Below, piece after piece: positions 13,660 through 25,700 of a stretch of 64,000 nt of DNA. A program made the position numbers and the translations under genes. Position 1 is the stretch's first letter; the number at the start of each line of letters is the position of its first letter. This DNA is from Bugula neritina. Its lineage: Eukaryota; Animalia; Bryozoa. The notes under the pieces are model-generated. The model was not told where the DNA came from. It searched no databases and saw only the letters and a list, made by a program, of their open reading frames with translations. Location of the stretch: the NCBI GenBank assembly GCA_964035545.1, contig OZ037770.1:1426001-1490000 (forward strand). Reading direction: 5' to 3'.

Positions 13660-16625
13660 AATAATATGATCCATTAAAATAGAACTAATAAAGCCAACGA
13701 CGTTAATGGTATGTCTAACTAAACATGGCATGTCTCGTCTGGCAGTGGGTATGTGGAGGGCCAGGCAACCTACGGCCGTCAACCCGTTAATGGCACAACT
13801 AGAAGAAGATACTCAAGAGAAGACAACAAAGTTGTCATGAAATGCTGCTTCAAAAGTACACCCAAATTGAGAGGTTATAGAAAAACAATGTATGAGCTCT
13901 GTAGACCCGGATCAAAGAATTATTTAAAAAGAATGTGCAAACGCTGGAAAACAGAGGAGAGTTTAACATCAGCGAATAGAGACTAGCGGATTAAGCAAGA
14001 ACTATGAAGAAACACAAGCATTTTAATGGAAGAAGAACTCCATAAGATTAAAGAAGGAACCTTGCAAGAACTAGGCACATCAATTGGTGAAGAAGATAAT
14101 GAAGAGCTAAATTTGCAAATAGAGGATGTTATAGTACAACATGAGATAGCATATAAATCAGCCATGAGAATTTTAAGAGTACCTAGTTCAGAGGTAGAAA
14201 AAGTGTTAGTAGAAAAATTATAAATAAGCATAACAAACTATCTAATGATCGACCAACACTAAGAGCCCTTAGGCACATTGAGAGGGTCAAATTACTACAG
14301 GCAGTAAAACAGATTAATGATGTGCTAAACTGTGTTGAGATTATTAATACCATTGAGCTTAATAACACCACCATGGCTTGTGCGAAAAATAGTAACAGAA
14401 CAAGTGTGTAACAAAAAGGAAAAAGAAAAACTGACAATGTACAAGTATGGAAAATACGACTGCAGAAGAAATAAAAAGAAATTAGATCAGACTTAAGTAA
14501 AATAGCAGAATGAAAAAGTAGAGCTTACAATGATTCATTGAGAAGAATGGTTGAAGAAAAATATAGGATAAAGAACAAAGAGTGTGGTGTAGTGATTGAA
14601 AAACTGAAGCAAACCTGAGAGCTGTAAGCCAGAAGATAAACAGATATACAGAATGAGTTGATCAATATAATCAGAACACAATGTTTACAATGTCAAGCGC
14701 TTTTATCAAGAATTATGAGGAAATGAATGTACATCTAAAGAGGCACCTGACAAGGAAATCAAAAGCATTCTGATAAAATATATGGGGTCAGCCAACTAAA
14801 AATAATACCAATGCAGAATGACTAAATAAAGTTAGCAACAAATTGGAGCATATGTAAAGACAAGGAAATTAGATCTTAAAAACGATGCAAACAACTGGAA
14901 TAGCAATTAATGTCATAAGGTTGATAAGAAAAAGCATGAAACCTGGAAAACACAACTGAAATACCTGGAAGAAAAGATAGGAGAAATAAAGATCAAACTA
15001 AGAATTTTCCAAGGAGACTCTTTATCTCTATCCCTTTTCTCCAACTACCGATTCGCATGACAGAAGCGGCTCAATGATGCAAATTTCGACGAGACAGAAA
15101 ACAAACCATCTCCTATATGTGGATGACCTGAAGGTAAATAGGAAATCAAAGTCAGAACTGGAAGCTTTGGTAAACACTGCCGGGATCTTCACAAGGAATA
15201 TAGAAATGAAATTTGGATTAAAAAATGTGCCACACTGGTTATGAGAAAGGGAAAGAAAATCAAGGACACAGGAATCAGTTTGCCTGATGAACAGGTAATC
15301 AAAGATCTGGGTGAGAAGCCGTATAAATATCTAGGAGTTCTTGAGATTGATAGAATACAAATATATGAAATGAAAAATAAGATCAGGGAGTACTACAAAC
15401 AAATAAGAAAAGTTCTAGATTCAAAACTGAATGGTGAGAACACAATCAAAGCAATAAACACATGGGCAGTAACAGCAGTGCATTACACAGCTAGAATACT
15501 TGACTGAACTGTTTCATGAGCTAAAAAATATGGACTGAAAGACAAGGAAGCTAATGACAACAAACCGTGCACCCTATCCGAGAGCAGATGTAGGCAGGCT
15601 GTATTTTAGCAGAAGGGAAGGCGGTAGAAGAATGTTGTCAACTGAAAAATGCATAAAGATTGAAAACTGCAGCATGTCAGACTACATAAATATAACATAG
15701 ACTGATAGAAACACCACACTGAATACCTTCCTAAAAGACAGAACAGCGGTAGAACTAAATAATGATAAAGTGATAGAAAGAACTGATGAGTGTAAAGAAA
15801 AGCTTCACGTGGTCAATACATCAAAATGGTGGAAGACATGAAAGCTTTTTTTTCTGGAACTGGTTGAAGTATGGTTGGCTGAAAAAGGAAACAGAAGGAC
15901 TGCTGACAGCTGCGCAAAATCAACTATTCACTACTAGAAATTATAAAGTGGCTATGATGAGAGAACAGGGTAGCAAGAAGTGTGGAATGTGTAACGCAAG
16001 AGACAAAACTTCGATGCACGTATTGAGTGAGTTTGAGAAGGTAGCAGAAGGAGAATATAAGAAAAAACACAACCTTTTGGCATTGATAATTTCAATAGTA
16101 GTTGTGTGAACTTCGTGGGTTTCAGAAAAGTAAGAATTGGTACGGCCATCAAGCAGAATAAGTACTGGAAAATGATAATGTGAAAACCTTGTAAGATTTT
16201 AACATACACACTGACGTAGTCATCAAAGTTAGGAGACCCGATATATTAGTAGTTGACAAGCATAATGCTGAAACAACGATAATTGATATCACAGTCCCTG
16301 TTAACTACAGAGTAAAAGAAAAAAATTCAAAAAGTTAGGAAAATATCAGAATTTAGCACTAGAATAAACCCGCCTTTGGAAAACATCAAAAAAGTCATCC
16401 CGTTGTAACTGGAGCCTTTGGAGCTTTATACAAGATTGTAGACTGGCTGACACTACTTGGAGTAGCTGAAAACAAATGCTCATTAATTCAGCAGACACCC
16501 TTACTAGGATCAGGATAAGCTCACATCCTGAGGAAAGTTCTATCCATTTCAGACTAGTATAACTAGGCCAATGGTAAAAGGTTACACCAGCTAAAAAACT
16601 ACGGTCAATCAACAATAATAATAAT
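13660..16625 (+). mobile_element. Decayed R4/Dong-clade non-LTR retrotransposon (RT + CCHC + restriction-like endonuclease)
   Basis: Frameshifted fragments in order: N-terminal RRRYSREDNKVVMKC...GYRKTMY; RT motifs IFQGDSLS (~15004) and HLLYVDDLK (~15107); FGLKKCA, YKYLGVLE, LNGENTIKAINTWAV, LKKETEGLLTAAQ; CxxC...H knuckle; RRPDILVVD...IIDITVP endonuclease; (AAT)n 3' tail. Many stops. Confidence 0.9.
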
Positions 16626-16629
16626 ATAC

Positions 16630-19600
16630 AACTATATTAGTGCAGTTGGTTCTATTATTAGATTAGCATATCGATTATGACTTTTCGATTGCCACCCTGA
16701 TACTATGAGTAAAATGTACAAGCATACGTGAAAGTATAGATATGATCATAAGTATAAAAATAGGTATAAGTATAAATATAAATATAGGTACAAGTATAAA
16801 ACGAATGATTATATTATTAATAATATTAGTCAGTGATACCTATAACCGTAATGGTTTTTAGACTTACAGTTATCATTAACATTAGCTGAGTAATATGATT
16901 AGTTAAAATAATGGTATTCATTATTATATCATAGTTATAAGTTATAACTCTAGTCTCTAAAGAGTAACAGCAAGTGTAATTGGGATATTCATATTAAATT
17001 TCATATTCACATAGTGAAATGTTTATGTTATGAACTAATTTATTCCTTCAACATTTAACTATAAATATGATTAACACTAACTTTGACCAGCAGTATTACT
17101 AAAAGAAGCGTATTACAAATATAAGATAATAAAATTCTAGTAGTAGGACTAATAGTATTACTAGGTCCAGTATTATTCTTGTTATCTTATTCATCATTCA
17201 TGAGTTATCAAATTTGAAATTACTACTTATTAGCATCAGCATATAAAAAGTAAGATCATTAGGAATAATTATCATGAGGTATGATCTATGATTTGCATTA
17301 TCCATATATAGTTTAATATCAATATGATATATTATTATTGCTGATAGTCTATGTTATAGTTAAATTTATACTTATCTTTACAGTTACCTATAGTAGCACT
17401 TATTAGTTATTTGTGGTAGCCAAACTAATGTTTAATATTAATGAATTAAACTGAGTATCATAAAAGTGTTACTAAGAATTTTAATTATAATCGTAATGGT
17501 GATCATATTACTTTATTATAATTATTATATTTTATCATTAATGCTAAACTGAGTTAATGTATATACTTTGAGTTTTACTATTACTCATTATATTTACACT
17601 TATAGTAAAACTAAATATGTAAAAGTTATACTTATACTATTATTATTCGTATTTCATTAGACTTACATCTAAGATCGCAGTCCTATTACTACTACCACTG
17701 ATACTAGTACTGCAACTAGTACTAGTACTGCTACTAGTACTAGTACTACTACTACTACTACTAATAGTACTGTTACTACTACTACTACTAGTACTACTAC
17801 TAGGTCTACTACTGTACCAGTACAACTACAAACTTTGAAAATAACTGCAAGAAAGGTATGACTTACTCTTTTTCTTAGTCTTACTGTGACTCTCAGTCGT
17901 AATGTAAAATAAAATTGTGAACTGTAAAGTTAAACCCAAGGCTGAAATTTATTTAATTAAATTTAGACAATCTGAATCATTGGCTCAATCCTTGAGTTTG
18001 ACTATTACTATTATTATTAGTGTTACGATTGTGATTATCATTGGCATTATGCCATTATGATTATCATTATGATTGTAATTGTGGTAATTCTAACATTAAT
18101 TATAATCATAAATTAAAAGGTAATGATTAATGATAATTATTTTCATTTTGTAATCATAATGATGTAAATTTTGATGTAAAACCAAAATACTAAAACTAAA
18201 AGTAAAAGTTATAAAATTAAATGATAAAATATTATAATGATAATTATTATATTTATTATATTATTATTGAATATATTATTTCATTAGAAAATAGGTTGCA
18301 GCTTAGCATGATTAAAATTCAGTAAAAATTAGTTTACCAACAGCAAACATGCATGCGTCTTGTCAACATTCAATTCGTAGTGTCATAGCGAAGCCAGATT
18401 ACTTGTAGTACGACTACTAGAACTACTACTACTAGTGATGGATTACAGATACTTGGCGATTTTAGCTGTGAGTGACCTTCACCTCACATTCTCGTCATGC
18501 GCGCGGCATTAGACTAAGTAGAGGGTATAAAGCACTGAGCCGGAAAAGAAACAATATATTTTAATTATAGGTAATACTAATAGTAATAGTAATATAATTT
18601 ATGGTAATATATAAGTAATATTATTGAGTTCATTGGTATGGAGTATAGACCTATCACTGATAGTATCAGTATCAACTACCACTTACATACTACTTCAACT
18701 TATAACTTACCTTCAACTCAAACTCAAACTGATACTTCTTGGAATCATTTGTCTTTGATCATATTGGCATTGTCATTGTGATTGTAATAACTATTAATAT
18801 TTTTAGTTCAACATCAATGCCGAACATATTGTAATAACTAATAAGATAATCATACGGTTGATATATTTTGCTAATACTAATACTAATACTAATAGTTATA
18901 GTAATAGTTATAGTAATTCAGTGTCACTCTCACTCTGGTGGAGTGAGACTCAGACTTAGAGTTAGAGACAGAGTGAGTCCGAGTAAGTCTGAGTGTTGGT
19001 AATAGTAATAGTCATATAAATTTAAATTATATTTACTTATTTCTAGCAATCACAATGGCAATAGTTATAGTAACTTTCACTTACTCTTAAATCATTGAAC
19101 CTGAACTAAAAGTAAAATTAAGCATTATGATTATGATTATCATTATGATTATACCTATGATTTTATTATGTTTAAATTAAAAATCAATATCATGATAATA
19201 TCATAGTGATAGACATATTATTGATAAATGATAATATAAAAGTAATTTGATAAATTATACATTGATTTTGAATTAAGGTGATACTCATACTGATACTAGA
19301 CCGGTACTGAAAGTGATAGTAATACTAATAGTAATAGTAATAGTCATATAAATTTAAGTTATATTTACTCATTACCGGCAATCACAATGGCAATAGTAAC
19401 TTAAACTGTAACAGTAATGGTATGGGTATGTTTGAAATTGTCACTATCAGTATTGCTATGAATCAAAATATAATGCTATCATACCAATAATTTAAAATAA
19501 TATTACAAAGCTTCAGTAGCAACTTTTACTTGTACCAGTTTGGAATTTTGAATTATACATATTCTTAGTTAAAGTCTTCAAGTTTATTGTCAAAATGAAC

Positions 19601-21500
19601 TTGAAATTAAAGACTTAGTAGTAAAAATTAAACTAAGACTGACTGTAAGTGACTAAGATTAAAAATAAGTAATTTTAAATATCGATTTAGTATTTTTCTT
19701 ACTCTTTGTCTTAAAATTGACTTTTATTTTGCACCTACTCCTGGTCAATGATTCTTTTTTCTATTTATATTACTATTGCTATTAGTATAATTGACTTAAA
19801 TTTAATAATAGATATGATTATATCTTTATAAATGTGATATTTGATTTTATGAATAGTAATTCGAAAACTCTTTGGTATTATTTATTTTTGATCATTGTAG
19901 TTATTATCATTATATTTGTATAATAATTATGATTATCAAATTCAATATCGATATTTGTATTATGGTATGGATATCTGCCTCCGTCCCATGTTCTGTTTTG
20001 CAGTGCCTTTTTACATTCACGTCTAGGTTCACATTGCGATGGTCATACTGATAGCACTTGGGGACAGTGATGAGCATAATGATTATCACTAATATTAAGA
20101 TTATCGTTATTAGGATTTAGAATAATTTAATAAACAAGCAACTTAAAACAAATGTTTTTACTAATATACATATTAATTACTAATATAAATATACTACTAT
20201 GGATATTATAATTATTATACTTTACAATTCAATGTAAGATAATCATAATACGAACTGGTAAAACTAAATATAAAGTAAATGTAATAATACTAATAGTAGT
20301 TATCCATTCCCCTTTGGTTTCACATACTAATAATTGGAAACCTCTGTCCTAATATTATTTCTATTAATATTGCTCAAAGTTTGATCCCTATTTAATTTTA
20401 TAGTTCACTCACCAGCTACATAACTTTATTAAAATACATGTGGTATTGGTTATAGTACTAGTGAAACTTGAAGTTGAATAGCATGCTTATTACTCACTGC
20501 TCTTTGCTTACATTATTAGGGTTACTCTTTAGTCTTAGAGATACCCTAACATAAACTTGAAAGCTGGAGGTAGTACTAGTCTAGTGCTGTGTTAATCCTA
20601 CACTGTTGACTTATCAACACTGTGACTATAATTATGACTCCTAAGTCAAAGTCATTTTCATATAGTAGTAATCACTATGACAGACTGAAAGTCAGGAAGA
20701 CTAAATATAATGGTAAAGTGTGTAAGAATAAATCATACTTAATCAATTACTTTTAGTTTTGTTACCAGTGTTGGGTCAACTTTCAGAATAAAGAATAAAT
20801 ATAATTATAAAGATAAATGGATAAAAATTCCAATCATGGTTTAATGTGCCTATTTTAAGCTGGTAATTTAATTACTATAATATAAGTGCTCAAAATACAA
20901 CTTTTGATTTTCATAATTATGTTTTAATTTAATACAGATACCATAGTATCATATACAGTAGAATCAGTTGTATCTTATTTAATAATGAAGTAACTTATTG
21001 GAGCTTTCACAGTTATTAATTATTTACTTGTTAGTCTTTGAACTGGGACAATGTTTGAAACTTGAAGTAGAATGAAGTTTGATTACAGTTACCGCAATGG
21101 TATCTGCAGTCACAATAGGAATACGCATATAACTATGTTTATATTTGTGAAAAATATATAGTCAAAACTAGATAAGGTAATAGTAATTATAATTGGTTTC
21201 ACTTTTAATATATTCCTATAAACTGGAAAATAGACAGAAGCATTTAATCATGAAAGTAAACCTAGTGGAAGTAAATCAATTCACTAAGTATAGTAAAATA
21301 TTTACTATTCAGTAAGTTTGTTTACTTTAGTTAATTGTACTCGATTATTTCTGTCGGTTTTTCAGTTGATTTTTCTACCTTTTGCTATAGCATATCAAAC
21401 TACCACAAAGTCATGCTTCCGTATTACAATTATAAACATAGTGTTACTGTGTAATGTTATAGTAATGTAATAGTAATATTTGGATCATTGTAAGTATTTC
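16630..21500. repeat. Cryptic period-3/6 low-complexity tract, including (ACT)n at 17685-17812
   Basis: Successive runs of diverged hexamers (agtata, gattat/cattat, aatagt, actaaa, gagtga/gactca, actcaa). A similar texture occurs at ~12850-13650. Mirrored at ~40420-45270. Confidence 0.7.
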
Positions 21501-22379
21501 TGTTGTTGTACTGATTGATAAATATTTTTTAGCTTGCATGGATATTTGCAACGATCAAGATGTCATTTGAACCTGGACTGGAATAAAGATGGCAAATCGA
21601 GAAGCTAGCTACAATTATTCTGCAGAAAGAAACTTGGTAAGCAAAAATAAGCTGCAGCATTAAGCAGTAAGCAATATGACGATGAACTTTGCTTGATTTT
21701 GATTGACCTTAAAATATCTGGTCACCTTTCACCAACGTGGTCCTGCGCGGGTGGCGGGTGACCTTAAAATGTCTGTTGCACGTAAAATAAATTTTGTGAC
21801 AGTCAAAAGTATGCTGATCTTTTTCGTATTTCAGTGCATCGGTGTCTTAGCTTAAGAGCTGAACCCAACAATTATGATCTAAAGCTGTTTTTTACTAGAA
21901 AGTGATTTTACTGTCTTTCTGATTATTCTTGGTTTTTCAGCTTGATGAATTGAATAAATGGATTTGATTTCGGGTATTATGTAATGGATGAAAGAAATTT
22001 TTCTTAAATTTGTACTGAGCAATTTTTGCTATTGCTATGATGTTTGATGATAAAATTGCACCCTTAATAACCCTGAAAACTTTCATTACTAGCATTTGTT
22101 TATGTTCATTTTTAGGAAATTAAAATGAAGACACAACTCACCGATGCTATCTCACTGTGCCTGCATGCAGTTTATCTAAAAAGGTACTCCTATTAGCTGG
22201 CTCTTGCCCAATACCTGGTTGTCTCTGTAACTATTTTTTGCTCGCAGATGAGTTTTTTGAACTTGACATTTTATTAATTTTGAAAGTTATAGTGAGCTTT
22301 GAACTTGCTAGCGTCGTTTTTAAAGACTTGCTGCAGTTTTTATCAACATTTTTTAAGTCAATGGTGTTAGTTTGGAAGC

Positions 22380-22733
22380 TCTCTCACTCCTCTCTCTGTC
22401 TCTTTCTCCCACACCTTCCACTCAACCTCTCTCTCTTTCTCCCCCCCCGCTCTCCCACCCTCCCTCTCTCCCACCCTCCCTCTCTCCCACCCTCTGTCTC
22501 TCCCATCTTCTCTCTCTCCCACTCTCCCTCTCTCCCACGCTCTGTCTCTCCCATCTTCTCTCTCTCCCACTCTCCGTCTCTCCCACCTTCTCTCTCTCCT
22601 AACCTTTCTCTCTTCCCTTTTCCACTATCTCTCTGACTCTCTCCCTTTCTCTCTTCTACCCCATCTCTCTTCCATCCTCTCTCCTAACCGTTCTCTCCCA
22701 CCCCCCCCCCTCTCCCACTCTCTTTCTCTCTCT
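22380..22733. repeat. CT-rich polypyrimidine minisatellite (mirror GA-rich tract 39256-39532)
   Basis: Repeated ctctctcccac(c/t)ctc units; copy number differs between arms. Confidence 0.9.
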
Positions 22734-25700
22734 AGTTTGCATGGCTTTACCCAATTTTGGTTTATTTTTTTATTTTGTTTCAGAGTATCCAAAAGGAAAG
22801 CTAAAATTTATTTAATATATATTATACCAACTTGAGCTTTACATATAATATCAAATAAATGCTGTGTTTTGTTAAAACAATGTTTGCAACTTTGTAGTAT
22901 ATTCAAATTCATAATTTATTTGTAGAGTCACACAACAAGACACTACTCTGACACACTCACAAGTTGCCACTGATCCAGCAGTATAGATGATTGTTTTCTC
23001 CACTGGCTATGCTGTCACGCTTTACTGTTGTGGTGTTTGAAACAAACCAATTGTTTGCCTACGCAGATTAGGGTGAGAAAAAAAGTGAGAAATGAAAGCT
23101 GTTTTTAATACCAACTACACTTAGTTTTTATTGAATAAAAAACAAAGTGAAATCATTAGTTATCCGTTAAATGACTAAATCATTGTTTATAAAGATGAAA
23201 CACAAATAATCTTATAATATGCTAATGAAATTTGGCTTTCAAATAGCTTTTTTCTGTATATTTGTTGAGGAAGTTTGTCTTCAACAAAACTTCGTAGCTG
23301 TTGAATATGTGGAGAGTATTTTATATTGCATAAATTTATAGAGTAAAAGGTTCTCATCAAACTTTTACAACTTAGCTCATCGACGGTTTAAAAGTGTGAG
23401 TCACCCTTCACACTAGAGTTTTATAAAGTTTTAATGAATGTGCAGTATTTTATAAAATATTGTGTGTCTCGTAAATTTAGCTATTTCTACCTTTTCAGTG
23501 AGATTGGAGTAAACACACCTCAAAATTCACATCTGGTATCACATTGATTTATCGCAAGTCAAAGTACACCTACTAACTCTTCCTTCCTTAATACCTGCTT
23601 GCTTTTGCACTTCTACTCATTTCATATACCTAACATTTCTCTTGCAGATGAATTACATCTTTTAAGTTGTAAAAGCCTTAAATAGCATGAAATTAATGAG
23701 GTTTAAACCGTGGCCACACTAACTATTGATGCGTTTATTGATGGGTTAAATTACACGAAAATATTGTCTCTTTCTTTTTAGTTTCACCTAAAGTATTACA
23801 TACTATTGATGGAGGCTTTGCTGAAGTTTTTGGGTGATGATTTGTCAATAATTTTCCAGAGAAGATGATGCCACGGTGGCTGGCATCATTATGCAGTTTC
23901 CAAATTTCTTTCGGCTTTGCTCTAGTGAAAATGTTGGAAAACAATCAACAAAAAGGTTTGTACCATAAACGAAGTTATTGTGTGCGTGTTGTCAAAGCAT
24001 AAAGTGTGCTGGAAATTTTTAGGTTTCTGTTGAGATGCGTTTTTGCTTTTCCTGCATAAAAAAAGTTCCAGTTTCAGTTAATATCACTAGCAGAGTGCCC
24101 ACCTATATTTTAAATCATATTGATGCATAAGTTCTTTTTGTAATATTAAAAGTATAACTTGCTTAATTGCTATTCAATGCCCTTTGAAGTTTCCAATTGT
24201 AATTAATTAGTTGATTTGGCAGCATAGTATCGATGATTGATGAAGGCAGCCGATATAATTATAAGCATAAATATCTATATCTACATGAAGATGTCATTCC
24301 CAATGATTGTTATTCTGAAATCAGCTGATTAAGTTATCACAAACTAAACATTTTGACCAGCGGCTTGCAATGCAACTCGGTGAAATTTCAGACCTAGATA
24401 AATTGAATTTCTTACTGAAAATCGTGAAGGTATTAAAGTTTAAAGTGAAAGTTTAAAGGGTCATCTCTCTGCGAATTCTAATAGCATGGTGCCAATTAGA
24501 CTTGAAAAAATTTCAAGGCACTACAAAGCACTAAGCCCATTCTTACAAGTAGTTTCAAAGTGCACTGGAATTTCAGTTTACTTGTCATTGTATAGAATCC
24601 TGATCTACACTATAGGCCCTATAGCATTCACTATTGCCTGCTTCTTCTAAGCATCTATAATGTATTAACTACAGTTTGCTTTGAGAAGTGAATTTCTACT
24701 TGGTATTTTTTCCTTATCGGTCTGTTGTTTGCCAGTAGTCTTAATTTAATGGATTTTCCCTTTTCAAAAGTGGTTGTGACAATCAAAACACATCATGCAG
24801 CCTGCAACTACACAATCAGTCAGTAATTTCTTCCATTAAAGTAGCTCTTCTGGTTACTCTTGCTCACCTAAAAGCCTGAGCCTCATTCAAATTGCAATTT
24901 TTTAGAGTGGTTAGTTTTTCATGCAGTCTTTCATTTTTTTTTGTTAGGCACAAAATTAGTATTCACTAGACCTAATCTTTCATCTGCATGTATGCCTATT
25001 GTTTGTTCATTAAAGAAAAACCTCTGCTGAATATTGAACTAATAATGAAAATAAATTCCCTAAACTAAAAGTAGCAGTGTGATTTTGGTATTACAATTAG
25101 TTGTTAGCATAGAGTCAAGTTATTGACAGAAATTTTCAAATTGAAATGAATGAATTTCATTGTAAGTCAGCAAGATTTAGTCTAAGTAAACATAGCATTA
25201 CATCGTGTTTTATTTAGCATTTGCAGAAGGCAACATATATTTTAAGGATTATTGTAAACTTAAATGTAATTTTAAGTACTTTCCATGTTTGTTATTGTAG
25301 ATGGTCTTGTTCTTTAGGATGGATGTGACAACTCCTTGTGTCAAGCTTAACTGATTGACTACTGAATCCCAATCATATGTTTTGCCAAAAAATGTGAAAA
25401 TGGAATGCATGTCTACTTTATTTGAGAAAATATTAAAAATACTTTTGAAACTTCATCTAGCCAAACAATACAACAGTTTCATTTCATTAAAAAATATCAT
25501 TTGCACAAAAATGTATTATGTAATCGAACAATTTCTAGAAAAAAAATGCTTTCCTCCAGTTTTGCTAATGAACTACATTTTTCATTATATGCTTGTCTTT
25601 ATAATTTTATTAATTGTTTTTTCTGGTGAGTCAATTAAAGTCGATTCAACCTAGAAAAGTCTGAATTTCAGACTTAATTTCAAGCTAGAATATTCACATT

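Noticed and set aside
23782-23956. Faint resemblance to a CACTA-type transposase C-terminal helix
   Set aside because: Needs a frameshift, has no catalytic motif, and CACTA TSD length does not fit the 8-bp TSD.
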